DNA of 64,000 nt from Candidatus Eiseniibacteriota bacterium (lineage in GTDB: Bacteria > ARS69), in NCBI GenBank assembly GCA_052390515.1, contig JBQTGV010000005.1:34802-98801 (forward strand), given 5' to 3'. Positions 19,029 through 28,520 of the stretch are shown piece after piece. Below the pieces are notes generated by a model. That model saw only the letters and a program-made list of their open reading frames with translations. It ran no database searches and was not told where the DNA came from. The position numbers and the translations under genes were made by a program. Each line of letters begins with the position of its first letter. Positions within the stretch are counted from its first letter, which is position 1.

Positions 19029-19516
19029 GACCCGCGCTCCGCCTCCGCCTTCCAGTCCCCGGACCTTCCGCCGCGCTTCTCCAGCAGTCGGATCCCCTCG
19101 ATGCGCAGGTTCCGATCGACGGCCTTGAGCAGGTCCCAGGCAGTGAGCAGCGACACCGCGACCGCGGTCAGCGCCTCCATCTCCACGCCGGTTCGGGCCG
19201 AGACCACCGCGGTCGCGGCCACGCGCACGCACCCCTCGTCCGGTCGCGGCTCCACCGCGACTTCCACGTGGCTCAGCGGCAGCGAGTGACAAAGCGGGAT
19301 GAGCTCCGCAGTGCGCTTCGCCGCGGCGATCCCCGCGATCTGCACGGCGGGGACGAAGTCGCCCTTGGGCAGGGCGCCTCCGTGGATGCGGCGGATCGTG
19401 TCGGGGGACGCACGGAGGAAGCCCTCGGCCACGGCGATCCGGTCGGTCGACGGCTTCCCGGAGACATCGACCATCCTCACCCGTCCGTCGGGGCCCAGGT
19501 GGGAAAGGTCGCTCAA
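19025..19516 (-). CDS. moaC: Cyclic pyranopterin monophosphate synthase
   Basis: LSHL...MVDVSGK, KGD, AAKRTAELIPLCH, TGVEMEALTA, DLLKAVD, LLEKRGGRSG. Confidence 0.95.
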   Translation of the reverse strand: MSDLSHLGPDGRVRMVDVSGKPSTDRIAVAEGFLRASPDTIRRIHGGALPKGDFVPAVQIAGIAAAKRTAELIPLCHSLPLSHVEVAVEPRPDEGCVRVAATAVVSARTGVEMEALTAVAVSLLTAWDLLKAVDRNLRIEGIRLLEKRGGRSGDWKAEAERGS

Positions 19517-19713
19517 GTCTTGTCCCGTGGCGCCTTGGGGGCCTGCGACTCGCCGCCCTCCTCGCTGGGGCCGCGCAGCTCCTTGCGGAACTCGCGGATT
19601 CCCTGCCCCATGCCCTTCATGAGGGCGGGGATCTTGGCGCCGCCGAACAGCAGCACGAGGACCAACGCGATGACGACGAGCTCCATGCCGCCCGGCATGC
19701 TGACGAGGACCAA
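19513..19713 (-). CDS. tatA: Twin-arginine translocase TatA/TatE subunit
   Basis: MPGGMELVVIALVLVLLFGGAKIPALMKGMGQGIREFRK. TTG at 19713 after GGGAGGG; ATG at 19699 region is an alternative start. Confidence 0.9.
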   Translation of the reverse strand: MVLVSMPGGMELVVIALVLVLLFGGAKIPALMKGMGQGIREFRKELRGPSEEGGESQAPKAPRDKT

Positions 19714-19823
19714 TCGACACCCTCCCTGACCCAGGATCCGCCTTGCCCGGGGCAAGGGCACGGGGCACTCCCTCTGGTGGAGGCCCGCGGGCTCGGCTAG
19801 GTTCGCCGGCCTGAGGAGGAGCG

Positions 19824-21935
19824 ATGTCGTTTCGACCGGGGCGTTGGGCGTGGGTCGCCGCGGCGGTCGCGGGGGCGGTCGTTCAGGGGTGCGACGGCGG
19901 CGGTCCGGACGAGGCGCGGCTCGACGGTCAGGCGGCGGCCTATCGGTCCCGGGCGGAGGCTGCCGAGCAGGGGGGCGACTCCGAGGAGGCGCTCGCGTCC
20001 TTCCGCGACGCGGCGCGTCGCTACCCGACCGAGGCGTGGGCGTGGTCCGGCGCCGGCCGCGCCGCCTCGAGGCTCGGGCGGTTCGACGACGCCGAGCAGG
20101 CCTGGCTGACCGCGGTGCGCTGGGACTCCTCCCTCGTCGCCGAGCGTGTCGCGCTCGCCGAGATCGCGCTGGAGGACGGCCGCGCGGCCGAGGCCGTGGC
20201 CCGGATGGACGAGGCCGTTCGCGCGGGCGGCGAGAGCCCGGAGGCGCTCGCCCTCCGCGGGCTCGCACTGGCCGCGGCCGGTCGGGCGGTCGAGGCCAGG
20301 ACCGCGGTGGACCGCGCTCTGGCCCTCGGTCCGGAGAGCATCACCGCACGGATCGCCCGCGCGCGCCTCGCCCTGGCCGGCGGCTCCTCGGAGGAAGCGG
20401 TCGCCGAGCTGGAGCGGCTGGCCGGCGCCCATCCCGAGGACCCCGACGTGCACTCCGCCCTGGCGCGGGGACGGCTCGCCTCCGGCGACGGCGAGGGGGC
20501 GAGGACGGCGCTCGCCCGGGCGCTGGCGCTCGACAGCGGCCGGCCCCCGGACCGGCGGCTTCGCGCCCGCCTGCTGCTCGACTCCGCCGATTTCGACGGT
20601 GCGGCGCGCGAGTTCGCCCGCCTCCTCCGGGACAACCCCCGCGACGCGGTCGCGCTGGAGGGGATCGGCGCCTGCGCGTTCGCGAAGGGCGATCCGGAGG
20701 CGGCGGAGGCTGCGTTCCAGCACGCGATCGAGTCCGCGCCCGAATCGGCCGACGCGCACTTCGCGCTGGCGCGCTTCCGCATTCGACAGGGTCGTTTCGA
20801 CGAGGCCGTGGCGCTGTTGAGGCGCGCGCGAGCCCGCGCGCTCGCCCCGGCACTCCAGGAGCAGATCGACGCCACGCTCGCGGAGGCGTATCTGGCGCTC
20901 GGCGAGCCCCAGAACGCCGCGGCCATCACCGACGGACTGCTGCACAAGAACCCCGCCTCCCCGGCCGGGCGCGCCGTGCTGCTCGCCCACTCGCGGTGGC
21001 TGCTCGAGCACGGCGACGCCGCGCAGGCTCAGGACTTGGCCGGCCGCGCTCTCGCCGCGGACTCGACCGACGCGGAGGCGCTCGTGGCGCGTGCCGAAGC
21101 CTCCGCGGCGCTGGGGCGGACGGCCGAAGCCGAGCGGGAGCTGCGCGCGCTGCTCGCCGCGGGCCGCGGCGGGGCGGCCACCTACCTCGCGCTCGCGCGG
21201 CTGTGCCTCGCCGGTGAGCGGCTCCGCGAAGCGCTCTCCTTTGCGACCGAGGGGGAGCGCCTCGCGCCCGACGAGCCCGACTTCGCCGTGATACGCGGCT
21301 TCGCCGCGATGCAGCAGGGAGACGCCGGCGCCGCCCGCACCGCGTTCGAGCGCGAGCGCGAGCTCCGGCCGGAAAGTCCCAAGCCCTGGATGAATCTGGG
21401 CCAGCTGGAGATGGACGCGGGCGATCCGGCGCGTGCCGCCGAGTGCTTCGCCGAGGCGCAGAAGCGGGATCCGGCCGGCTGGTTCCCGTCGTACCAGCTC
21501 GGCCTCGCACTGGACCGCGCGGGGCGCGCCGCCGAGGCGATCGATGCCTACAAGGCGGTCCTGTCCCGGAACGAGCGGGTCGCCGAGGCGCACAACAACC
21601 TCGCGTGGCTGCTGGCCGACCGGGAGATCGATCCCGTCCTCGCCGAGGTGCATGCTCGGCGCGCCGTGGAGCTCGCCCCCGACAACGCGAACGTGCTGGG
21701 GACGCTCGGCTGGACGCAGTACCGCAACGGTCTGCTCGACGAGGCGGTCACGTCCCTGGAGAGGGCGAAGAAGCTGGAGCCCCGCGACTCCATGAAGAGG
21801 TACCTGCTCGGCGTCGTTCGCCTGGAACGCGGCGAAGCGGCCGCGGCGCGCGCCGAGCTGACCGAAGCCCTTCGCCTGGACCCGGCGTTCCCCCGCCGGG
21901 AGGACGCCCGCAGGCTGCTCGACCGCCTGGATTGA
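19824..21935 (+). CDS. TPR-repeat lipoprotein
   Basis: Lipobox VVQGC, tandem TPRs, C-terminal NNLAWLLA...TLGW (PrsT-like). RBS GAGGAGGAG. Confidence 0.85.
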   Translation: MSFRPGRWAWVAAAVAGAVVQGCDGGGPDEARLDGQAAAYRSRAEAAEQGGDSEEALASFRDAARRYPTEAWAWSGAGRAASRLGRFDDAEQAWLTAVRWDSSLVAERVALAEIALEDGRAAEAVARMDEAVRAGGESPEALALRGLALAAAGRAVEARTAVDRALALGPESITARIARARLALAGGSSEEAVAELERLAGAHPEDPDVHSALARGRLASGDGEGARTALARALALDSGRPPDRRLRARLLLDSADFDGAAREFARLLRDNPRDAVALEGIGACAFAKGDPEAAEAAFQHAIESAPESADAHFALARFRIRQGRFDEAVALLRRARARALAPALQEQIDATLAEAYLALGEPQNAAAITDGLLHKNPASPAGRAVLLAHSRWLLEHGDAAQAQDLAGRALAADSTDAEALVARAEASAALGRTAEAERELRALLAAGRGGAATYLALARLCLAGERLREALSFATEGERLAPDEPDFAVIRGFAAMQQGDAGAARTAFERERELRPESPKPWMNLGQLEMDAGDPARAAECFAEAQKRDPAGWFPSYQLGLALDRAGRAAEAIDAYKAVLSRNERVAEAHNNLAWLLADREIDPVLAEVHARRAVELAPDNANVLGTLGWTQYRNGLLDEAVTSLERAKKLEPRDSMKRYLLGVVRLERGEAAAARAELTEALRLDPAFPRREDARRLLDRLD

Positions 21936-22091
21936 CCCCCGCACCGATCCGGCGTGAGACGCGGGGTGTCGTTCGGGTATGATCCGCACGGCGGCTGGCA
22001 ACGACGCACCTCGACGTTCCGGCCCGCGCTCGAGCCGGATGCCGGCATGCTCCGGAGCTCGGCGTGAAAGAGCGAGGGGAGGAGGGACGCG

Positions 22092-22460
22092 GTGGCGAGA
22101 ATCCTCGTCGTCGACGACGAAGAGCAGGTTCGCGACATGCTGCAGGAGATGCTGCAGTCCACGGGCCACGACGTACTGGTCGCGTCGAACGGAGATGCAG
22201 CTCTCGAGCTGCTGCGAGAGTCGCGGTGCGACCTCGTCATCGCCGACATCTTCATGCCGGGCAAGACGGGGCTCGACACGATCAAGGAAGTTCACCAGGA
22301 GCATCCAGACGTCAAGATCGTGGCGCTCTCGGGCGGCGGCGGGTTCGATCGCTTCGACGTCCTCGAGATGGCGCCCGACTCCGGCGCGACGGTCACGATG
22401 AAGAAACCCGTCGACTTGGAAGAACTGGTCATGATCATCCGGAATCTGACGCGCACGTAG
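22092..22460 (+). CDS. Stand-alone response regulator receiver (CheY-like)
   Basis: ILVVDDE, DLVIADIFMPGKTGL, IVALSG, KP. Strong RBS GGAGGAGG. Confidence 0.92.
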   Translation: MARILVVDDEEQVRDMLQEMLQSTGHDVLVASNGDAALELLRESRCDLVIADIFMPGKTGLDTIKEVHQEHPDVKIVALSGGGGFDRFDVLEMAPDSGATVTMKKPVDLEELVMIIRNLTRT

Positions 22461-22578
22461 CAACGCACCACCGGCCCCGGGCAATTCCCCCGCCCGGCGG
22501 CCTTTCACTTCCGCTCAAGAGCGACGCGGGACCGCCCGATCCACCCGGGGAACCGGCTCCTCATCCTCGGGCGGCAAC

Positions 22579-23451
22579 ATGGCTCTGTGTCACCGACTCC
22601 TGATCGCTCTCGCCGTGCTTCCCCTCCTCTCCGGCTGCAACAACCTGTGGGAATGGACCGCGGGTGCGGACGGGTACGACGCCCTTCTCGCCGACGGCAA
22701 GGCGGCGCTCCGCGACGGCGACTACGACCTCGCCGTGCAGAAGCTGGGCGACGCCGTCGCGGTGGAGCCGAGCCGCGGCGAGGCCCGCTACTACTATGCG
22801 AAAGCGGCGGTGCTGCAGTCCGGCATCGACGTGGTGGAGATCGTGCAGGCCATCATCGACGCCGACGAGAACGGCGGCGCCGCGGAGATCTTCGCCTTCG
22901 AGACGCCGCTCGCCGACCGCGTGTACCGCGTGAACCGGACGGTGATCGACGCGCTCCTGCCCATCCATGACGGTGCCGCCGACGCCGTCGGACTGGGCAG
23001 CTCCGACGTCGGCCTGGATCTCGCCGTCGCGCACACGCTCCGCGGGATCCTGCGCCTGCGTGACACCAACGGCGACGGAACCATCGACGCGCTCGACCTG
23101 ACGGTCAGCGAGTTCTCCCTGGAGGAGGGCGGCGGCTATTCCCTCGAGGGGATCGACAATCTCCCGCCCGACGACTTGAACGCCATGCTCGACGATCTGA
23201 ACGCGCTGCTCACCAGCGGCGGGGACCTCGCCAGCGGGACCGGCGGCGTCATCGATCCAGAGGAACTGGACGAGCTGGTGGACTCTCTCGGCGGAGACCT
23301 GTCCGCGTTCTACGTGAACACCGGCGCCCCGGGCAATCCCGGCGAAGGCGACAACGACGGGGACGGCGCGACCGACGAGGAGTGCCTGAACGACCTGGAC
23401 GACGACGGAGACGGCCGCGTGGACGAGGACGCGACGGTGTTCTGCGCATGA
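22579..23451 (+). CDS. Acidic lipoprotein with TPR and DxDxDG Ca-binding-like repeats
   Basis: Lipobox LLSGC; DTNGDGTID, DNDGDGATDEE, DDDGDGRVDED. Confidence 0.8.
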   Translation: MALCHRLLIALAVLPLLSGCNNLWEWTAGADGYDALLADGKAALRDGDYDLAVQKLGDAVAVEPSRGEARYYYAKAAVLQSGIDVVEIVQAIIDADENGGAAEIFAFETPLADRVYRVNRTVIDALLPIHDGAADAVGLGSSDVGLDLAVAHTLRGILRLRDTNGDGTIDALDLTVSEFSLEEGGGYSLEGIDNLPPDDLNAMLDDLNALLTSGGDLASGTGGVIDPEELDELVDSLGGDLSAFYVNTGAPGNPGEGDNDGDGATDEECLNDLDDDGDGRVDEDATVFCA

Positions 23452-24512
23452 CCTCCGCCCGCCTCTCCAGGGGTCTCCTGACTGGCGCGACGCTGCTCTT
23501 GCTCGCCGGCGAAGCGGACGCGGACGCCCCGCATCCCACGCTCCGCGGGGTGCGGCCGCTGGGCATGGGCGGCGCGTTCCTCGCCGTGGCGGACGACCGC
23601 AACGCGCTGCACGACAATCCCGCGGGCCTCGCGCGCCTCATGCGGACGACCATCTCCGGGCTCGGCGTGCACGGCGCGATCGACGACGAGTTCCTCTCCG
23701 TCGTGGACTTCATCCAGGAGCACGAGGAGCAGTTCTCGGACTTCTCCACGGTGGACGCGGCGTTCCTGGACGAGCTGGAGCCGTACGACGACCGCTGGGT
23801 CTCGGCCGACGCCGGCGCGTACGCGGACCTGACCCGTCCCGGATTCGGCATCGGCGTGTTCTCGACCGGCCGCGCGCAGATCAAGGTCGATCGCGGCGTG
23901 TACGAGCCGCGCGTGCACGCCGACGTGCTGGACGACATCGTCGCGGTGGTCGGCGGTGCGATGGATCTCGGCCGCGGCGACCTCGCCGTCGGCGGAACCT
24001 TGAAGACGATCTGGCGAAGGCAGTTCAGCCGCGTCCTCACCGCGCGCGAAGTGGCCGACTTCCGGGCGGACGATCTCGTGGAGCGGCTCGAAGGAGCCGA
24101 CGCGGGCTTCGCCATGGATCTGGGCGCTTTGTGGTCGCCGCTCGACTCGCCGTTCAGCGCGGCCGCGGTCCTGCGCGACGCCGCCGGACGCGTGGCCGGC
24201 GAAAGCCTCGGTCCGGCGTTCGACGTCGGCGCGGCCTGGCACGTTCGCCCGCGGCTCGTTCTCGCCGCCGACCTCCGCGACACGTTCGAGAGCGAGACCG
24301 CGTTCGGCACGAAAGTCCACGTCGGAGCGGAGCTGAGGTTCCCCGTCGTCACGCTCCGGGCCGGCGCGAACCAGGGCTACTCCACGATCGGCGCGAGCCT
24401 CGCCCTCCCCGTGCTCTCGATGGACTACGCGTTCTACGGCCGCGAGCTCGGGCATCTCCCCGGCGCGGACGGACAGTATCTCCATGCGGTGGAGGCAAGG
24501 CTCGGCTTCTAG
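23448..24512 (+). CDS. Outer-membrane beta-barrel of the TraF_2/FadL/PorV-like clan
   Basis: Signal peptide, RPLGMGGAFLAVADDRNALHDNPAGLA, HVGAEL, LRAGANQGY, C-terminal Phe. ATGA overlap with the lipoprotein gene. Confidence 0.8.
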   Translation: MTSARLSRGLLTGATLLLLAGEADADAPHPTLRGVRPLGMGGAFLAVADDRNALHDNPAGLARLMRTTISGLGVHGAIDDEFLSVVDFIQEHEEQFSDFSTVDAAFLDELEPYDDRWVSADAGAYADLTRPGFGIGVFSTGRAQIKVDRGVYEPRVHADVLDDIVAVVGGAMDLGRGDLAVGGTLKTIWRRQFSRVLTAREVADFRADDLVERLEGADAGFAMDLGALWSPLDSPFSAAAVLRDAAGRVAGESLGPAFDVGAAWHVRPRLVLAADLRDTFESETAFGTKVHVGAELRFPVVTLRAGANQGYSTIGASLALPVLSMDYAFYGRELGHLPGADGQYLHAVEARLGF

Positions 24513-24572
24513 GGCCCGGGTTCTAAAGGTCACGCTCCCGGAGGCCGATCCGCCCCACGAGGACCCCGCGGC

Positions 24573-24602
24573 TTGACACTGCGCGGGGGATTTCGCTAGT
24601 TT
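24573..24602 (+). promoter_or_regulatory. Putative promoter TTGACA-N18-TAGTTT
   Basis: Perfect -35 upstream of the bactofilin gene; RBS AGGAGG at 24632-24637. Confidence 0.6.
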
Positions 24603-24642
24603 CACCGACCTTCCCCTCGCCCGAGAAGTCCAGGAGGCTCTC

Positions 24643-25098
24643 ATGATCGGCAAGAAGCCGGGGCTCGGTCCCGACAACGGCGAAGCGACATCCGTCATCG
24701 GAGAGAACTCCGCCTTCCAGGGAACGCTCGAAGTCGACGGAAACCTGCGCGTGGACGGCAAGTTCAGCGGCACGTTGCGCATCACCGAGACGGTCCACGT
24801 CGGCAAGAACGGATTCGTGGACGCGGAAGTGCACACGCGCAGCGCCGTAGTGGCGGGCACCATCAAGGGAAACCTGCACGCCTCCGAGAAGATCACGCTG
24901 CAGAGCGGATCGCGGCTCGAAGGCGAGATGGTGACGGCGCGCCTCGTGATCGAGGAAGGTGTCTCCTTCCAGGGCAGCTGCAACACGGCCAAGGGCGCGG
25001 CGACCGGTCCCGCGCGGAAGTCGGACACTTCCCGCGACGAGGCCAAGACGGTGCAGGACAAGATCGAGCAGGTCGCCGAGGCGCTCTCCAAGAAGTAG
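24643..25098 (+). CDS. Bactofilin (polymer-forming cytoskeletal protein)
   Basis: SVIGENSAFQGTLEVDGNLRVDGKFSG...VVAGTIKGN...LVIEEGVSFQGSC. Confidence 0.93.
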   Translation: MIGKKPGLGPDNGEATSVIGENSAFQGTLEVDGNLRVDGKFSGTLRITETVHVGKNGFVDAEVHTRSAVVAGTIKGNLHASEKITLQSGSRLEGEMVTARLVIEEGVSFQGSCNTAKGAATGPARKSDTSRDEAKTVQDKIEQVAEALSKK

Positions 25099-25124
25099 TC
25101 GGCGGCGGCATCGGATCGTGGCCG

Positions 25125-25156
25125 AGGCCCCGGAGTCTGCTAGACTCCGGGGCTTT
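25125..25156 (+). terminator. Hairpin/intrinsic terminator after bactofilin
   Basis: GCCCCGGAGTCT-GCT-AGACTCCGGGGC followed by TTTCG. Confidence 0.65.
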
Positions 25157-25194
25157 CGATTGGAGCCTCGACGAGCCGCGGGGACGGACACGGA

Positions 25195-27636
25195 ATGACC
25201 CACGACGACTCCAGCCGCGATCTGACGCTCGACTCGCGATCGATCCCGCCACCGCAGCGTAATCTGCCGTCCGGGATCGGTGGCTACCGGATCCTCGGCA
25301 TCCTCGGCGAAGGCGGCATGGGAATCGTCTACGAGGCCGAGCAGCCTTCCCCGCGCCGGCGGGTCGCCCTGAAGGTCGTGCGCGGCACCGAACTCGTCGA
25401 CGAGCTGCGCCTCAAGATGTTCGAGCGGGAGGCAGCCACGCTCGGCCGGCTGGACCACCGGAACATCGCCAGCATCTACGAGTCCGGCCGCACGCCGGAG
25501 GGGCGCCACTTCTTCGCGATGGAGCTGGTCCGTGGACCGAGCCTCGCCACCTGGCTGGCCGGCCGCACGGCGGCCCCCGATCGCGCCGAGCTCGAGCTGC
25601 GCTTGCACCTCTTCCGGCAGATCTGCGATGCGGTGCACTACGCCCACCAGCGCGGCGTGATCCACCGCGATCTCAAGCCCTCCAACGTCATCGTCACCGA
25701 GGCGCCGCAGTCCGGCACGGGGTCCGGCGCCCTGTCCTCGATGGCGAAGATCCTGGACTTCGGGCTCGCGCGCATCACCGAGGAGGACGTCGCGGCGACG
25801 CAGATCACCGAGGTCGGCGCCATCAAAGGGACGCTCGCCTACATGGCGCCGGAGCAGGCGCGCGGGGAGGTCGCCGCGATCGACGTGCGCACCGACGTCT
25901 ACGCGCTCGGCGTCTTGCTGTACGAGCTTCTGACCCGCGAACGGCCCTACAACGTCGACACGGGATCCCTGCTCTCGGCCGTCGGAGTCATCTGCGAGCA
26001 CCCGCCTCGCCCGCTCTCGGCGGTCTGGAAATCGACGACGCGCCTCGATCCGGACCTCGCGACGATCGTCGCGACGGCACGGGAGGAGGAGCCGGATCGG
26101 CGCTACGCGAGCGCCGCGGCGTTCGCCGAGGACGTCGGCCGCTTCCTCGAGTCCGAGCCGATCCTGGCCCGTCCCGCCAGCACGATGTATCAGCTGAGCA
26201 AGCTGGTCGCGCGGCAGAAGCCGCTCTTCGCCACCGCGGCAGCGGCTCTCGTGCTGCTCGTCGCGGCCGCCGTCGGCGTGAGCATCCTGTACGTGCGCTC
26301 CGAGGCCAACCTGGCACGCGCGCTGGAAGCGGAGCAGGCCGCGCGCCGCGAGGCCGAGACCGCGGAGCGGACATCGACCTTCCTCGTCGATCTCTTCGAC
26401 CGGGCGAATCCCGAGCGGTCCCGCGGGGCGACCGTGACCGCCCGCGAGGTCATGGACGAGGGCGCCCGGCGGATCGCCGGAGATCTCGCCGGAGAGCCGG
26501 TCATGCAAGCGCGCCTGCTTTACACGATCGGTCAGGTCTACCTCAGCCTCGGTCTCTACGACGACGCGCGCCGCCTGATCGAGCAGTCCCTCGCGCTGCG
26601 TCGCGAGCACGTTCCCGCCGGCGATCTCGACATCGCCGCGAGCACGCACCAGCTGGCCCGAGTGCTCGAGGCCCAGGGCGATCCGAAGGCGGCGCGGGCC
26701 GCCTTCGACGAAGCCGCGGGGCTCTACGAGCGGAACGGGGCGAAGGGGACCGACGGCCTGATCGACCTCCTCGGTAACCTCGGCTGGATGCTCGGCCAGA
26801 ACGGAGATTTCGCCGCGGCGAACGAGATGCTGGACCGGGCCATGGCGCTGGCCGAGGCGAAGCAGCCGCCGGACGAGGAGCGCATCCTCGATCTGCTCAA
26901 CAACCGCTCGACGACTCTCATGGATGAAGGCGCGCCGGATTCGGCGCTCGTGGTCCTGGATCGCGCGCTGGCCCTGTCGCGCCGACTTCACGGAGACGGC
27001 GACCGGGACATGGCCAGCATCCTCACGAACATGGGCGTGGCGCACTCCATGGCCGGCCGCTTCGACGAGGCCGCGAGGAAGTCGCTCGCCGCGCTCGGCA
27101 TCTACCAGAGCCTGCACGGGGACGCTCACCCGCTCGTGGCGAAGGAGATGGCGAACCTCGGTATCTCGCTCGCTCAGCAGGGACGGCGAGACGAAGCCCG
27201 CCCGTACTTGGAAGGCGCGCTCGAAGCGCTCGAACGCATCCACGGTCCCGAGCACCCGGCCGTCGCGCAAGGGTGGATGAACCTCGGACTGCTCGAGCTC
27301 GAGTCGGGGAACGCCCGCAAGGCGATCGTCCACCTGCAGCGAGCGGCCGAAGTGCACGAGCGCGCCACCGGGCTGGAAACGCCGTCGCTGTCGACGTCGC
27401 TCTATCATCTGGCGACCGCACGCGGTGCCGTCGGAGAGATCGCGGAGGCACGGCGCCTCCTGCTGCGCGTCATCACGATCGACGAGAAGATCTTCGGGCC
27501 AGCGTCCGGCGAAGTGGCGGACGACCTGGAGGCGCTGTCGAGCCTGCAGCGCGAGGCCGGCGACGGAGCCGAAGCCGACCGGACCGAGGCCAGGATGCGG
27601 GCCATCCGGGAGAAGCTGGCGGGCGCCGGCAGCTGA
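25195..27636 (+). CDS. Membrane Ser/Thr protein kinase with periplasmic TPR repeats
   Basis: LGEGGMGIVY, VALK, HRDLKPSN, DFGLA, GTLAYMAPEQ, DVYALG, one TM helix, TPR_12-like repeats. Confidence 0.93.
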   Translation: MTHDDSSRDLTLDSRSIPPPQRNLPSGIGGYRILGILGEGGMGIVYEAEQPSPRRRVALKVVRGTELVDELRLKMFEREAATLGRLDHRNIASIYESGRTPEGRHFFAMELVRGPSLATWLAGRTAAPDRAELELRLHLFRQICDAVHYAHQRGVIHRDLKPSNVIVTEAPQSGTGSGALSSMAKILDFGLARITEEDVAATQITEVGAIKGTLAYMAPEQARGEVAAIDVRTDVYALGVLLYELLTRERPYNVDTGSLLSAVGVICEHPPRPLSAVWKSTTRLDPDLATIVATAREEEPDRRYASAAAFAEDVGRFLESEPILARPASTMYQLSKLVARQKPLFATAAAALVLLVAAAVGVSILYVRSEANLARALEAEQAARREAETAERTSTFLVDLFDRANPERSRGATVTAREVMDEGARRIAGDLAGEPVMQARLLYTIGQVYLSLGLYDDARRLIEQSLALRREHVPAGDLDIAASTHQLARVLEAQGDPKAARAAFDEAAGLYERNGAKGTDGLIDLLGNLGWMLGQNGDFAAANEMLDRAMALAEAKQPPDEERILDLLNNRSTTLMDEGAPDSALVVLDRALALSRRLHGDGDRDMASILTNMGVAHSMAGRFDEAARKSLAALGIYQSLHGDAHPLVAKEMANLGISLAQQGRRDEARPYLEGALEALERIHGPEHPAVAQGWMNLGLLELESGNARKAIVHLQRAAEVHERATGLETPSLSTSLYHLATARGAVGEIAEARRLLLRVITIDEKIFGPASGEVADDLEALSSLQREAGDGAEADRTEARMRAIREKLAGAGS

Positions 27637-27637
27637 G

Positions 27638-28519
27638 ATGGACTCCCTCTTCCTCGTCAACCCACGCGCCGGCCGCGGCCGCGGCGAGCGCATCGCGCGG
27701 GAGCTGCCGGCGCTGCTGGCCGCGCGCGGTGCGCGGGCCGACGTGCGCATCACCGAAGCGCCCCGCGACGCGGTCCGGCTCGCCCGGGAGGCTGCCGCGG
27801 CCGGCGCATCGCTCGTCGTCGCCGTAGGCGGGGACGGCACCGCGCACGAGGTCGTCAACGGGATCGCCGGCTCGCGCGCGACCTTCGCTCTGATCCCGGT
27901 CGGCAGCGGCAACGACCTGGCGCTGGCGCTCGGCATCCCGTCCGAGCTCGATGCGGCCCTCGACGTCGCGCTCTCCGGCGCCGAGAAGGCGATCGATCTC
28001 GCGCGCTTCGACGACGCCTGGTTCGCGAACAGCCTGGGGCTGGGCTTCGAGGCGCAGGTCACGATCGAGAGCCGCTCGATCACCTGGCTCCGCGGCTTCG
28101 CCATCTATCTCGCCGCCGTACTCCGCGCGCTCGCGCGCCTGCGCTGCCCGCAGCTCGTGATCCGGGCGGACGACCGCGTCCTCGAGGGGCGAAGGCTCCT
28201 CGTGTGCGTCGGCAACGGTCCGCGCGTCGGCGGCGGCTTCTACCTCACTCCCGACGCCGTGAACGACGACGGGCTGCTCGACCTGTGCATCGTCGAAGGC
28301 ATGGGCCGCTGGCGGGTCCTGCGCACCTTACCCAAGGCCATCCGGGGCGCGCACGTCGGCGATCCGCGCATCACCATGCTCCGCGCCCGCTCGATCGAGA
28401 TCGAGTCCGACGAAGGGTTCCCGTTCCACGCCGACGGCGAGGTCATCGACGCCGCCTGCCGGCGCCTCTCCGTGCGCGTCGTCCCTCGAGCGCTGACGGT
28501 CCGCGTGCCTCGCGCCTGA
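27638..28519 (+). CDS. Diacylglycerol/lipid kinase family protein (YegS/DAGK)
   Basis: VNPRAG, GGDGTAHEVVNG, IPVGSGNDLA, GNGPRVGGG, DDGLLD, HADGE. Confidence 0.92.
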   Translation: MDSLFLVNPRAGRGRGERIARELPALLAARGARADVRITEAPRDAVRLAREAAAAGASLVVAVGGDGTAHEVVNGIAGSRATFALIPVGSGNDLALALGIPSELDAALDVALSGAEKAIDLARFDDAWFANSLGLGFEAQVTIESRSITWLRGFAIYLAAVLRALARLRCPQLVIRADDRVLEGRRLLVCVGNGPRVGGGFYLTPDAVNDDGLLDLCIVEGMGRWRVLRTLPKAIRGAHVGDPRITMLRARSIEIESDEGFPFHADGEVIDAACRRLSVRVVPRALTVRVPRA

Positions 28520-28520
28520 A

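Noticed and set aside
23448-24512. Conjugative element suggested by a TraF-like protein
   Set aside because: No relaxase, T4SS, integrase or att-like ends; host-like composition.
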